DNA of 39,941 nt, taken from positions 1-39,941 of the IMG/VR virus record IMGVR_UViG_3300017777_003156; one strand, given 5' to 3'. A model generated the notes under the pieces. The model was not told the origin of the DNA, made no database searches, and worked only from the letters and a program-made list of their open reading frames with translations. The stretch comes from a virus. Taxonomy: Duplodnaviria > Caudoviricetes. The translations under genes were made by a program, and so were the position numbers. Shown here in pieces: positions 16,473 to 25,108 of this stretch (within the stretch, counting starts at the first letter, position 1; each line of letters starts with the position of its first letter).

Positions 16473-18607
16473 GCAAGAAACCCCCCAAGAAACACCTCTG
16501 GTCGGTGGACGTTCCGGCGCAAGCCCCCGGCCCGCTAGATTATGCGCTGTCGTATGCCCGACTCGGCTGGGCGGTGTTGCCCGTGTGGTCGGTCACCCCG
16601 GAGGGGAAGTGTCGTTGCGGGCGCTCGGACTCCGACCCGGGCCACAAGGTGGGCAAACACCCCCACAGCCAACTCGCCCCCCACGGACACCTGGACGCCA
16701 CCACCGACGAGCAGACCCTGCGCGACTGGTGGGCGGCGGACCCCGAGGCCGGGGTGGGTATCAGCCTCAGCTCCTCGGGACTCTTGGCGCTTGACATAGA
16801 CCCCCGCAACGGGGGCGACGAAACCCTCGCTAAGCTGGAGGCCGAACACGGGGTGTTGCATTCCGACTGCGTGGCCGTTACGCAGGGCGGCGGGGAACAT
16901 CGTCTGTTCCGTGCCGACCCGGCCCACACCTATCCCGGCAACCTGGGGCCGGGGCTGGACCTCAAGCACCACGGCTACGTGTGCGTAGCGCCCACCCTGG
17001 GACCCTCGGGCGAATACCGCTGGGCCGAGGGCGGCTCGCCCTTGTCCGCGGGGCGTCCGGCGCAACCTTCGGCGCTCCCGGAGTACATCCGCACCCGGGG
17101 CCGCACCGAGGGCCAGTACAGCCTAACCGAACGCTCGGGGGTGCCCGTGGCCACGGCGCAGACCTTTGACGACCTGCGGTCGGCCCTGGAACACATCTCC
17201 GCCGACGACTACACGCTCTGGGTGAACGTGGGGATGGCGCTCCGGCCCTACGGCGAGAACGGCTACCGGATATGGACCGAGTGGTCGGGCAAGTCGAGCA
17301 AGTTCGACGCCGGGGCGCAGCGCAGAAAGTGGGAGCGGGACCTGAGCTCACCCCACAGCATAACCTACCGTTCAATATTCCGCATCGCGCTGGATTCGGG
17401 CTGGTCGGGCACCTCGCCCCCGAACACTACCACCCCCCACTCACCCCCCACGACGGTGCACCCGCTGTCGCTCGTCAACAACGTGGGCTCCGGGGCGGCG
17501 GGCTGTGACCCGGTGGAGTTCCTGTTTGACGACTTCATGAGCACCGGCATTAACGTAGTGTCGGGTGCCCCGGGGGTGGGCAAGACCACGCTGGTAATAC
17601 CCCTGGCGCTGGCCGTCGCTCACCTCTGCCCGCCGGACTTCCCGCTCCGGCCCGAGGTGCGCCGCAACGTGATAATAGTGACGGAATCCGCCGCCCAGGT
17701 GCGCCAGGTGGTTTACTCGGTGTACCGCTGGGGCTACACCGGGCACCGTGCCGAGGAGTTCGACCTACGGGTGCGGGTAATCCCCGCCCAGCGCCTGGAC
17801 GCGAAGATAGTGGCCGGCATAGCCGAGGAATACCGGGCGTGGACAGTGGACAACCCCACGGCGTCCGGTGGGGTATACGCCGCGCTGCCCCTCGTGGTGC
17901 TGGACACCGCCAACGCCGTGTTCGACCTCGAGAACGAAAACGACAACGCCGAAGTGGGGCGCGCAATGGCCTACGTAAAGCAGTCCTTCTCAGCCTTCCC
18001 GGTGGTCATAGTGGCCCACACCGCCAAGGCGCTCGGCCTCGGGGAGGCCGACTACCTCACCCCCCGAGGAGCGTCAGCGTGGATGGGGGACGCGCACGGG
18101 GTGTACTCAGTGTTTAAAGACGGCGACGCGGCGGATTCTCCCCGAGTTATGAAGGCGGGCAAGGTGCGCTTTACCCCGCGCTGGGGCGAGCTGACTTTCG
18201 AACTCGTAAAGAACAAAGAGACCCACCCGAACGTGCTCGAACAGCCCCGAGACGTCTGGTTTGCGCACGCCGTGGCCCGCCCCCTAGAGACAGGCGCTCG
18301 GGAGGCTCTGAGGGAGGAGAGGAAACACAGCCGCGAGGAGCAAGACTTTGAGGACCTGCTACAGGCCGCCTTGGACCTGGTGCGGGCGAATCCGGGTCGA
18401 GGCCAGTCGGCGCTGGAACAGGTGCCGATCTCTCAAGGCGGGCTGCGCGGCGGGAAAGAGAAGAAAATGCGCGCCTTCGAACACCTCAAAACGGACGGGC
18501 GGCTGCGCGAAGTGGCGTTAGAAAAGCCCAATAAACGCCAAACCTCTACCCTAGAAGTTGACGAGGCCCAAGTGGCCGCCCGGCGGGGCGGGGGGCTTTC
18601 GCTGTAG
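16469..18607 (+). CDS. Bifunctional primase-polymerase with PriCT-2 and AAA helicase domains
   Basis: GWAVLP..GKHP..ATTD..WW..DIDPRNGG..GGEH (Prim-Pol); DDYTLWVNVGMAL..EWS..SKFD (PriCT-2); GAPGVGKT and VLDT (ATPase). Confidence 0.9.
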   Translation: MSKKPPKKHLWSVDVPAQAPGPLDYALSYARLGWAVLPVWSVTPEGKCRCGRSDSDPGHKVGKHPHSQLAPHGHLDATTDEQTLRDWWAADPEAGVGISLSSSGLLALDIDPRNGGDETLAKLEAEHGVLHSDCVAVTQGGGEHRLFRADPAHTYPGNLGPGLDLKHHGYVCVAPTLGPSGEYRWAEGGSPLSAGRPAQPSALPEYIRTRGRTEGQYSLTERSGVPVATAQTFDDLRSALEHISADDYTLWVNVGMALRPYGENGYRIWTEWSGKSSKFDAGAQRRKWERDLSSPHSITYRSIFRIALDSGWSGTSPPNTTTPHSPPTTVHPLSLVNNVGSGAAGCDPVEFLFDDFMSTGINVVSGAPGVGKTTLVIPLALAVAHLCPPDFPLRPEVRRNVIIVTESAAQVRQVVYSVYRWGYTGHRAEEFDLRVRVIPAQRLDAKIVAGIAEEYRAWTVDNPTASGGVYAALPLVVLDTANAVFDLENENDNAEVGRAMAYVKQSFSAFPVVIVAHTAKALGLGEADYLTPRGASAWMGDAHGVYSVFKDGDAADSPRVMKAGKVRFTPRWGELTFELVKNKETHPNVLEQPRDVWFAHAVARPLETGAREALREERKHSREEQDFEDLLQAALDLVRANPGRGQSALEQVPISQGGLRGGKEKKMRAFEHLKTDGRLREVALEKPNKRQTSTLEVDEAQVAARRGGGLSL

Positions 18608-18625
18608 TTAACAAAAACAACAACC

Positions 18626-18957
18626 TACCTAAATAAGTTCCGAGCTTATTTAGGGCTTTTATGGGGTTTTTGTGCGTTAGAAGCGTTGGAGCCAGAGCCT
18701 AAATAAGTTAATGACTTTTATGGGTTTCAGCCAACCTAAATAAGCTCTGTTTAATTATGCACTTACCTAAATAAGTTCCGAGCTTATTTAGGGCTTTTAT
18801 GGCCCGAGAGCCAAAACCCGACAATCAGCGCGTAGTGGGGGACCCCTCCAGGGTCCCCACGCAGAGTGATTGGAGCGCGAGGGGGGTGGGGGGTGTTGTT
18901 TTTTAAAATAAGTTAAGGTATACTCTCTCGTAAGAGAGAGGTCGAAAACTTTTATGG
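18626..18957. repeat. Iteron-like repeat region, putative replication origin or packaging region
   Basis: Identical 39-bp repeats at 18626-18664 and 18764-18802, each containing CCTAAATAAG-N7-CTTATTTAGG; extra CCTAAATAAG half-sites at 18698 and 18735; four CTTTTATGG copies; non-coding and AT-rich, directly after the primase. Confidence 0.8.
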
Positions 18958-19044
18958 ACTAAGTGTTTTTTGTGATCACCCTGAATGCCTGCCGTGTGTG
19001 TGTTTGTTCAAACAGAAAGAGCGAGCTGAATTCCGCCCCTTGAA

Positions 19045-19689
19045 ATGAAAAAACAAAAACCCCCGCCGCCCCCTGCTCGCAAGAGCCCCGCCCCCTCCCC
19101 CGCCCCGAAGCTTAAAAAGTCCGCCGGACGCCCCCGCACCCATGACCGCGAGGCGTTGATGCGGGTCATCTGCGGGCACCTCTGCGCGGGCGTTTCGCTT
19201 GACACCGCCGCCCGCAAAGCCGACCCCCTGCTCCACCCCTCGACGGTGCTCACGTGGGTTGAAAAAGACCCCCAAGGGATTGGGCAGGAGTACGCACGTG
19301 CGCGTAAGGTAGGATATGAGCTGATGGGCGACCGCATCACCCAGGTGGCCGCCGAGACCCACGCCATGGCCACCGTGCACGCCACGGACAGTTTCAATAC
19401 CCCGCTGTTTAACGCGGACGGCTCGCCGGTGCTTAAAGATGTGGTGATGACGTTGTCGTCGGAGGTCATCGCGCACAAGCGCCTTGTGGTGGACACGATG
19501 AAGTGGCAGCTGAGCAAGATGCTCCCCAAAGTGTACGGCGATAAAGTGGTCCAGGAAGTTACCGGCAAAGACGGCGGCCCAATCAGCACCGTGAATCAGA
19601 CCGTGTACCTTCACGGATTGAGCGACATTGAGCTCGAGCAGATGAACGCCCTGCTCGCCAAGGCTGTACCCCCTCCTGCCAAAGAATGA
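19045..19689 (+). CDS. terS: Terminase small subunit
   Basis: GRPR, HTH-like STVLTWV, EYARAR, VDTMKWQLSKMLPKVYGDK..EVTGKDGGPI; directly upstream of TerL. Confidence 0.85.
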   Translation: MKKQKPPPPPARKSPAPSPAPKLKKSAGRPRTHDREALMRVICGHLCAGVSLDTAARKADPLLHPSTVLTWVEKDPQGIGQEYARARKVGYELMGDRITQVAAETHAMATVHATDSFNTPLFNADGSPVLKDVVMTLSSEVIAHKRLVVDTMKWQLSKMLPKVYGDKVVQEVTGKDGGPISTVNQTVYLHGLSDIELEQMNALLAKAVPPPAKE

Positions 19690-21257
19690 ACGCGCCGCTC
19701 TCACCCAGCGTGATGCGCGAGCTGGTGGCTCGGGAGATAAAAAGACGGGAGTACCAGAAGGACCTCTACGCGTTCGTCAAAGCCGCGTGGCCAGTCGTAG
19801 AGCCGGGGGTGCCGTTCGTGGCCTCGTGGCATATCGAGGCTATCTGCGAGCACCTCGAGGCGGTTAGCCGGGGGGACATTAAGCGCCTGCTAATCAACAT
19901 CCCGCCCCGGCACAGTAAGTCCACGATCGTGAGCGTGATGTGGCCGATGTGGGAGTGGACCTTCGACCCGCAGCAGAAGTACCTTTGTGCGTCGTACTCC
20001 TCCACGCTGAGCATCCGCGACAACCTGAAAGCCCGGCGGTTGATTCAGTCGCCCTGGTTTCAGTCATTCTGGGGAGATCAATTCCATCTTGCCGGTGACC
20101 AGAACGCCAAGCAGCGGTTCGAGAACAGTCGCACCGGCTACCGGATAGCCACCTCGGTGGGGGGCACCGCGACAGGGGAAGGCGGTTCGCGGCTCATCCT
20201 GGACGACCCACACTCCGCTCAGGAGGCCCAGTCGGACCAGATGCGCCAGACCGCGCTGGAGTGGTTCGACGTCGTGTGGTCAACGCGGCTGAATGACCCC
20301 AAGCGCGACGTCATGGTGGTTATCATGCAGCGCCTGCACGAATCCGATATCTCAGGCCACATCCTGGACGATATCCTGGGCTGGGAGCATCTGTGTATCC
20401 CCGCCGAGTGGGACGGGCGAGCACGACGCACCGTGCTCGGCGCTTACGACCAGAGGACCAAGAAGGGCGAGCTCATCTGCCCCGAGCGGTTCGGCACCAA
20501 GGAGGTCACCCAGCTCAAGCAGCTGCTCGGGGAGTACGGGGCGTCCGGTCAGTTGCAGCAGGACCCCGTGCCGGCGACGGGGGGTATGCTCAAAGTGGCG
20601 TGCTTTAAGCAGTGGCCACACGACAAGCCCCTGCCGCAGTTCGAGTACATCATTCAGTCCTACGACACCGCATTCACGGAGAAGACCACGGGCGACCCGA
20701 CCGGGTGCGAGGTGTGGGCGCTGTTCTCGCTGGCCGGCAAGCGCCAAGGGATGCTGATAGACGCCTGGGACGAGCACCTGTCCTACCCCGACCTGCGCAA
20801 GCGCGCAATCAAGGACTACAACACCGAGTACGGCGGCTCGGTCAAGGGCGGACCGTTCGTCAAGGCCCGCAAGCCCGATAGGGTTCTAGTGGAAGCGAAG
20901 GCCAGCGGGCAATCATTGCTGCAGGACTTAGCGCTTGCCGGAATCCCGGCACGGGGCTATAATCCGGGCAACGCGGATAAAGTCGCTCGGGCGCACCAAG
21001 CCGCCCCCACGCTGGAGATGGAGATACTGTGGATACCAGAATCCAAAAAGAATCCAGGCCAATTCGTGAGCTGGGCACAGCCGTTCCTGAAACAACTGGC
21101 CAAGTTCCCGGTCGCTGCGCACGATGAATACGTGGATTGCTTCACCCAGGTGGTCATCTTCCTCAAGGACGAGGGCTGGTTCACGCTGCCCAAGGCCACC
21201 GTGCGTGAGGCTGACAGTGCGCCGCGCAAAGTCCACGTGAATCCGTACGCTGCTTAA
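19686..21257 (+). CDS. terL: Terminase large subunit
   Basis: INIPPRHSKS Walker A, LILDDP Walker B, MQRLHESD, YDTAF, VEAKASG and FP...HDEYVD nuclease motifs. Confidence 0.95.
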   Translation: MNAPLSPSVMRELVAREIKRREYQKDLYAFVKAAWPVVEPGVPFVASWHIEAICEHLEAVSRGDIKRLLINIPPRHSKSTIVSVMWPMWEWTFDPQQKYLCASYSSTLSIRDNLKARRLIQSPWFQSFWGDQFHLAGDQNAKQRFENSRTGYRIATSVGGTATGEGGSRLILDDPHSAQEAQSDQMRQTALEWFDVVWSTRLNDPKRDVMVVIMQRLHESDISGHILDDILGWEHLCIPAEWDGRARRTVLGAYDQRTKKGELICPERFGTKEVTQLKQLLGEYGASGQLQQDPVPATGGMLKVACFKQWPHDKPLPQFEYIIQSYDTAFTEKTTGDPTGCEVWALFSLAGKRQGMLIDAWDEHLSYPDLRKRAIKDYNTEYGGSVKGGPFVKARKPDRVLVEAKASGQSLLQDLALAGIPARGYNPGNADKVARAHQAAPTLEMEILWIPESKKNPGQFVSWAQPFLKQLAKFPVAAHDEYVDCFTQVVIFLKDEGWFTLPKATVREADSAPRKVHVNPYAA

Positions 21258-21259
21258 TC

Positions 21260-22687
21260 ATGCCTTGGCCTTCTACTCGTTCCGTACTCAACGTACTCAA
21301 GTCCCTGGGGGCGGATTCGCCCTTGGCTCGGCTGGAGAACACCGTGCGGGCGGCTACCACGACTCCGGAGGGCCGCATACTGACGCGCAGCTTCTCCCCG
21401 GAAGAGCTCCAGGCACTGAACAACGCCAAGGTGATAATGCGGCGCAGGTCGATGTCCGACATCACGGGGCCAGACCGTCGGTTCAAGAGCGTCCACGAGT
21501 CCAAACGCACCGGCGCGGCGGCTGGCCCTAAGGCCAGCGCCGAGGTGCGGGCCGAGAGGGAACCGGAGATGTTCGGCTCGCAGGGGCAGACCTACGGCTA
21601 CATGACGGAAGATCCTTTCAGTACCTTGAAAGTACCGCTGACCGATTACTACCCGAAAAAGGGCAGTAGCTTCATCGCTCCCGAGAATATGCTCCCGCAG
21701 TACGGGCAGTACGCCTTCGAGCTTCACCCCGAGGCCCGGAGTCGTGCCACGTTGACGCTGGACGACTCCCTGGACCGCACCCGAGGCGGTTCCGCCAGGG
21801 CGTCTGACTTGTTGTCCGGCGTGTCGGGCGAGTACAACACCATCGGGGTTCCGGGTAGTCAACTCTGGGAGCTCGCCCAGAAGTACGACGCAGCGCGTCG
21901 ACGGGTGGCCGAGTCGATTGGTCCGCATAGCGACGAGTGGGCCGTAAATGACGCAATGAAAGCTCAAGGCCTGCCAGAGGACTTCCGCCACGTGCTCCGG
22001 GAGCATAATCTTGGAGTCATCGGAAACAAACACCTCTACGCTTCGTATTTCGCCCGGCAGCTACCGCGTGAATTGACTGACCTGAACAAACTACCGCTGT
22101 TGCCCACGGAAATAAAACACCTAAGCCGTGAGCCGCTAGCTGACGTGTTGAACCAACGCAATCCCTACTCATATATCGAGGCCCAAGTGCACGGGGACGT
22201 TACCCCGGACATGCTTTCCCGGGTGTACGACCTCGGCTACGAGCCGAGTCTCGCGGCGGAGAAGGCGGCTAAGAAGGTCGGCATTGAATATGTACCGCGC
22301 CCACGCGCTGCGTACGACGACATCACGGCTGCCAATCCCAAGACCCGAGGCGAGTTCTACGACCTGGCGCGAGACCTCGGGGTGATAACCGACAGCGACC
22401 GGCGGCACCTGCTGGATTATGGCCCGGTCCGTAAATTTTACGGTGAGGCGCGTGACGAACCGATGCCTCCGTTCGGACGCAGTTACGTCCGAGGGGGCTT
22501 AGTGCAGAAGTATAAGGCGGGGGGGAGGGTAAAGAAGCCGATCTGGGACAAAGCCCGACCCAAAAGCCTCGGCGCGAGCCAGCCGCTCTCCTCGGCGGCT
22601 AAGTCGGCGGCTAAAGCGGCGGCCAAGAGCGCCGGACGCCCCTACCCTAACCTGGTGGACAACATGAGAGCGGCGGGGAAGAGATGA
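21260..22687 (+). CDS. Putative virion cargo protein: DUF3626-like (ART-fold candidate) domain, two xxGG tags and a small basic module
   Basis: RFKS..E..G, R..RE..FG, YGY, QYG..FEL..RSRATLTLDDS and YIEAQVHG.V pattern; YVRGGLV and YKAGGRV near the C-terminus. Confidence 0.6.
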   Translation: MPWPSTRSVLNVLKSLGADSPLARLENTVRAATTTPEGRILTRSFSPEELQALNNAKVIMRRRSMSDITGPDRRFKSVHESKRTGAAAGPKASAEVRAEREPEMFGSQGQTYGYMTEDPFSTLKVPLTDYYPKKGSSFIAPENMLPQYGQYAFELHPEARSRATLTLDDSLDRTRGGSARASDLLSGVSGEYNTIGVPGSQLWELAQKYDAARRRVAESIGPHSDEWAVNDAMKAQGLPEDFRHVLREHNLGVIGNKHLYASYFARQLPRELTDLNKLPLLPTEIKHLSREPLADVLNQRNPYSYIEAQVHGDVTPDMLSRVYDLGYEPSLAAEKAAKKVGIEYVPRPRAAYDDITAANPKTRGEFYDLARDLGVITDSDRRHLLDYGPVRKFYGEARDEPMPPFGRSYVRGGLVQKYKAGGRVKKPIWDKARPKSLGASQPLSSAAKSAAKAAAKSAGRPYPNLVDNMRAAGKR

Positions 22688-23775
22688 CCGACCGCGTTGA
22701 CAAGGCCAGTTTGCCGCTGAACCAACCCCGGCGCACCCCGAGCCATCCCACTAAGTCCCACATCGTGAAAACGAAAGTGGACGGTAAGGAGAAGATCATT
22801 CGCTTCGGTGAGCAGGGGGCGAGCACGGCGGGCAAGCCCAAGGCGGGCGAGTCCGAGCGTATGGTGGCCAAGCGCAAGTCCTTTAAGTCACGTCACGCTA
22901 AGAACATCGCCAAGGGGCCGAGCAGCGCCGCGTACTGGGCCAACCGGGTCAAGTGGGCTGCGGGGGGCTTGGTTGAGGGCTACCAAACAGGTGGAATTAC
23001 CAGAGAAGCGGTGAAGTCTGCGCCGCTTGCGTCGTATCAAACTGCGTTCTACGGCAATCCGAATCTCGCCCAGCAGGGTGCCTTAGCTCGGAACAAAGTT
23101 CAGGTGCCGACTAGCGTGATGGATCCCCGGTATGCAGCCTGGAAAAAGTCCCAGGACCAAGCCGAAGAGCTCGACATCCTTTCGGGCGTGTTGGGCGGGG
23201 GCTTGGGCGTAGCCGGGGCGCTCCTACGGGGGGCGAGGGGGGTGGCGAGTGCTGACAAGATTGCGTCCGCCCTCCGTTCAGGCCGCATAACCCCCGACGA
23301 GGCCCAGACCATAGCCCACTGGCGCTCGCTCGGCGCGACCAACGAGGCCCGCGACAACGCGCTGCGCGTTCAGCAGTGGCGCGAAGAGGCGCGGCTGAAT
23401 TCACCGCTGAACCAAGAAGCCGCACGGCTGAATGCGGGCGAGCCTCAGAAAATGCTTCAGGGGCTGTACCGGGGCTATTCGGGAGACCGTGCGGGTGCCG
23501 AGGAGATATGGGGCAGCCCGCAGAAGAAAGTAGCGGACTACTATGCGGCTCGACGCGCTGCGGAGAACGCGGAGGAGCCGCACGTGGAGATGTTGATGGT
23601 GGACCCGTTCAACGCCAAGGTGAACAAGTCGCTGGGCATTCCGATGGACAAATTCAACCGCGAGCCGGGCGTACAGACCCAGGCTAGAGGTTACGCTCTG
23701 GAGAACATTGATTCTCGCATCCCGCTGTACGCTCGCGGCGGACTGGCTCGTTACAAGGAGTGCAACTGTGCCTAG
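22684..23775 (+). CDS. Putative modular cargo protein: basic N-terminal module, xxGG tags and a short ART-like domain
   Basis: N-terminal HPTKSH..IRFG..RKSFKSRH..SAAYWA module; WAAGGLV, YQTGGIT and YARGGLA tags; LYRG..IWGSP..VADYYA. Confidence 0.5.
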   Translation: MTDRVDKASLPLNQPRRTPSHPTKSHIVKTKVDGKEKIIRFGEQGASTAGKPKAGESERMVAKRKSFKSRHAKNIAKGPSSAAYWANRVKWAAGGLVEGYQTGGITREAVKSAPLASYQTAFYGNPNLAQQGALARNKVQVPTSVMDPRYAAWKKSQDQAEELDILSGVLGGGLGVAGALLRGARGVASADKIASALRSGRITPDEAQTIAHWRSLGATNEARDNALRVQQWREEARLNSPLNQEAARLNAGEPQKMLQGLYRGYSGDRAGAEEIWGSPQKKVADYYAARRAAENAEEPHVEMLMVDPFNAKVNKSLGIPMDKFNREPGVQTQARGYALENIDSRIPLYARGGLARYKECNCA

Positions 23776-25108
23776 CCCGCTGACGCTGATTAAGTGGTTG
23801 CGCTCGAACGTGGCTAAGACCGCCCCCGAGCTGGAGGCGCTCCAGACCGCTATGGCCAAGCGTATCGCGTTGGAAGAGGCCGCCAAGTCGCGTTTCAGCC
23901 AACCGGACGTGCCCGCCGAGCTGACGCTGAAGCATGGCTCGCCGTACAAGTTCGACAAGTTTGACTTCGAGGCCAACCTGCGTAAGGGTGAGGGAGCGAT
24001 GGCCTTCGGGCCGGGCGGCTACTTGACTGGGCACGACCCGCTGGCCCGGGAGTATGCGCGTAACCTGTACGCTAAGAAGATTGACTTTGAGGGCAGGCAT
24101 CAGCAGATGAAAGAAGCCCTACGGCAAGACCCCCAGGCTGCTGCAGAGTACCTGCGGGCGATCAACGTGGGCAAGGTCACGGGGTTGGGCGGGGATACCC
24201 CTCCAGCGATAGTGTCCGCCGTGGTGCCGCCCAGCCTCCCGCCGCACATTCGTGCCCGGCTGGGGGACGCTGAACCGAACGTGAATTACTGGGGGCACCC
24301 CCGCTTCGGCTTCAAGTCCACGGTGAGCTTTGAGGACTTTTCGCCCTACACTCAAGCCCTGTTGAACGCGGGGTTGGACCCGGCCATGCTCAAACGGCGC
24401 ATCGGGGCCGGAGGGGTGTCGCCGGAGGAGGCGGTGCGTATGGGGCGGGAGATGCGCAGCTCGCTGCAAGACGCCCCCGGAGTGCGCCCTCGTATTCAAG
24501 AGCGCCTGGAGTTACAGCCCGGCCAGTATGGCTCATTCAGCGAGCTGGCCCAGGAAGTGGGCCGAGCGCCCGAGTTTTACGTCCCAGGGCTGTACAAGAT
24601 TCGCCAGAATCTGAATTCCACCTACCGAGTAGCCGAGGGCAAGCCCGGCTCGACGGGGTATTCACCGAGCATGAAGGGGGCGTTCGACCTACGCAACCCC
24701 GGCACGGGGGCGACCGACGAGCTGGCGCGGCGGGTGTACTCAGCGCCACTGAACGCGAGCCTAGCGGACCTGGTGCCTTACGACTTCCCGCTGTCTTCGG
24801 CCACTCCGGAGCTAGTGGGGCGGCTCTCACAGCTCGGGGAGAAGTACGGGGTGCTCGACCAGCTGACCCCGGACATGGTCGGCAAAGACGCCCTGGACCT
24901 GTTGTACGAGGGTATCGGCGGTGGGGCGTTGGACAAGATGCGCGCCTTCAAGGAGGCCCAGATCCCGGGGCACTTCTTCCTCCGAGGCGGGCGGCGCAAC
25001 GGGTTGCCCGAGCAGATTCGGCCCGACGACTACAATTACGTAATCTATGATCAGGACAAGCTAGGCACTCCGGACGTTACGGAGTTCAGCCGAGGTGGGA
25101 GAGTATAA
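23768..25108 (+). CDS. Putative cargo protein with a polyvalent-protein ADP-ribosyltransferase-like domain
   Basis: GTG start after AAGGAG; HGSP..FDKFD..GEGA.AFG.G.Y..AREYA...IPG..NYVIYD; ends in FSRGGRV-stop. Confidence 0.6.
   Translation: MPSPLTLIKWLRSNVAKTAPELEALQTAMAKRIALEEAAKSRFSQPDVPAELTLKHGSPYKFDKFDFEANLRKGEGAMAFGPGGYLTGHDPLAREYARNLYAKKIDFEGRHQQMKEALRQDPQAAAEYLRAINVGKVTGLGGDTPPAIVSAVVPPSLPPHIRARLGDAEPNVNYWGHPRFGFKSTVSFEDFSPYTQALLNAGLDPAMLKRRIGAGGVSPEEAVRMGREMRSSLQDAPGVRPRIQERLELQPGQYGSFSELAQEVGRAPEFYVPGLYKIRQNLNSTYRVAEGKPGSTGYSPSMKGAFDLRNPGTGATDELARRVYSAPLNASLADLVPYDFPLSSATPELVGRLSQLGEKYGVLDQLTPDMVGKDALDLLYEGIGGGALDKMRAFKEAQIPGHFFLRGGRRNGLPEQIRPDDYNYVIYDQDKLGTPDVTEFSRGGRV

Noticed and set aside
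18626-18802. Palindromic 39-bp direct repeats as a possible CRISPR array, with a Cas4-like gene elsewhere in the window
   Set aside because: There are only two full repeats about 100 bp apart with interspersed half-sites, no regular spacers and no cas1/cas2. The Cas4-like nuclease sits in an ordinary Sak4-SSB recombination module.
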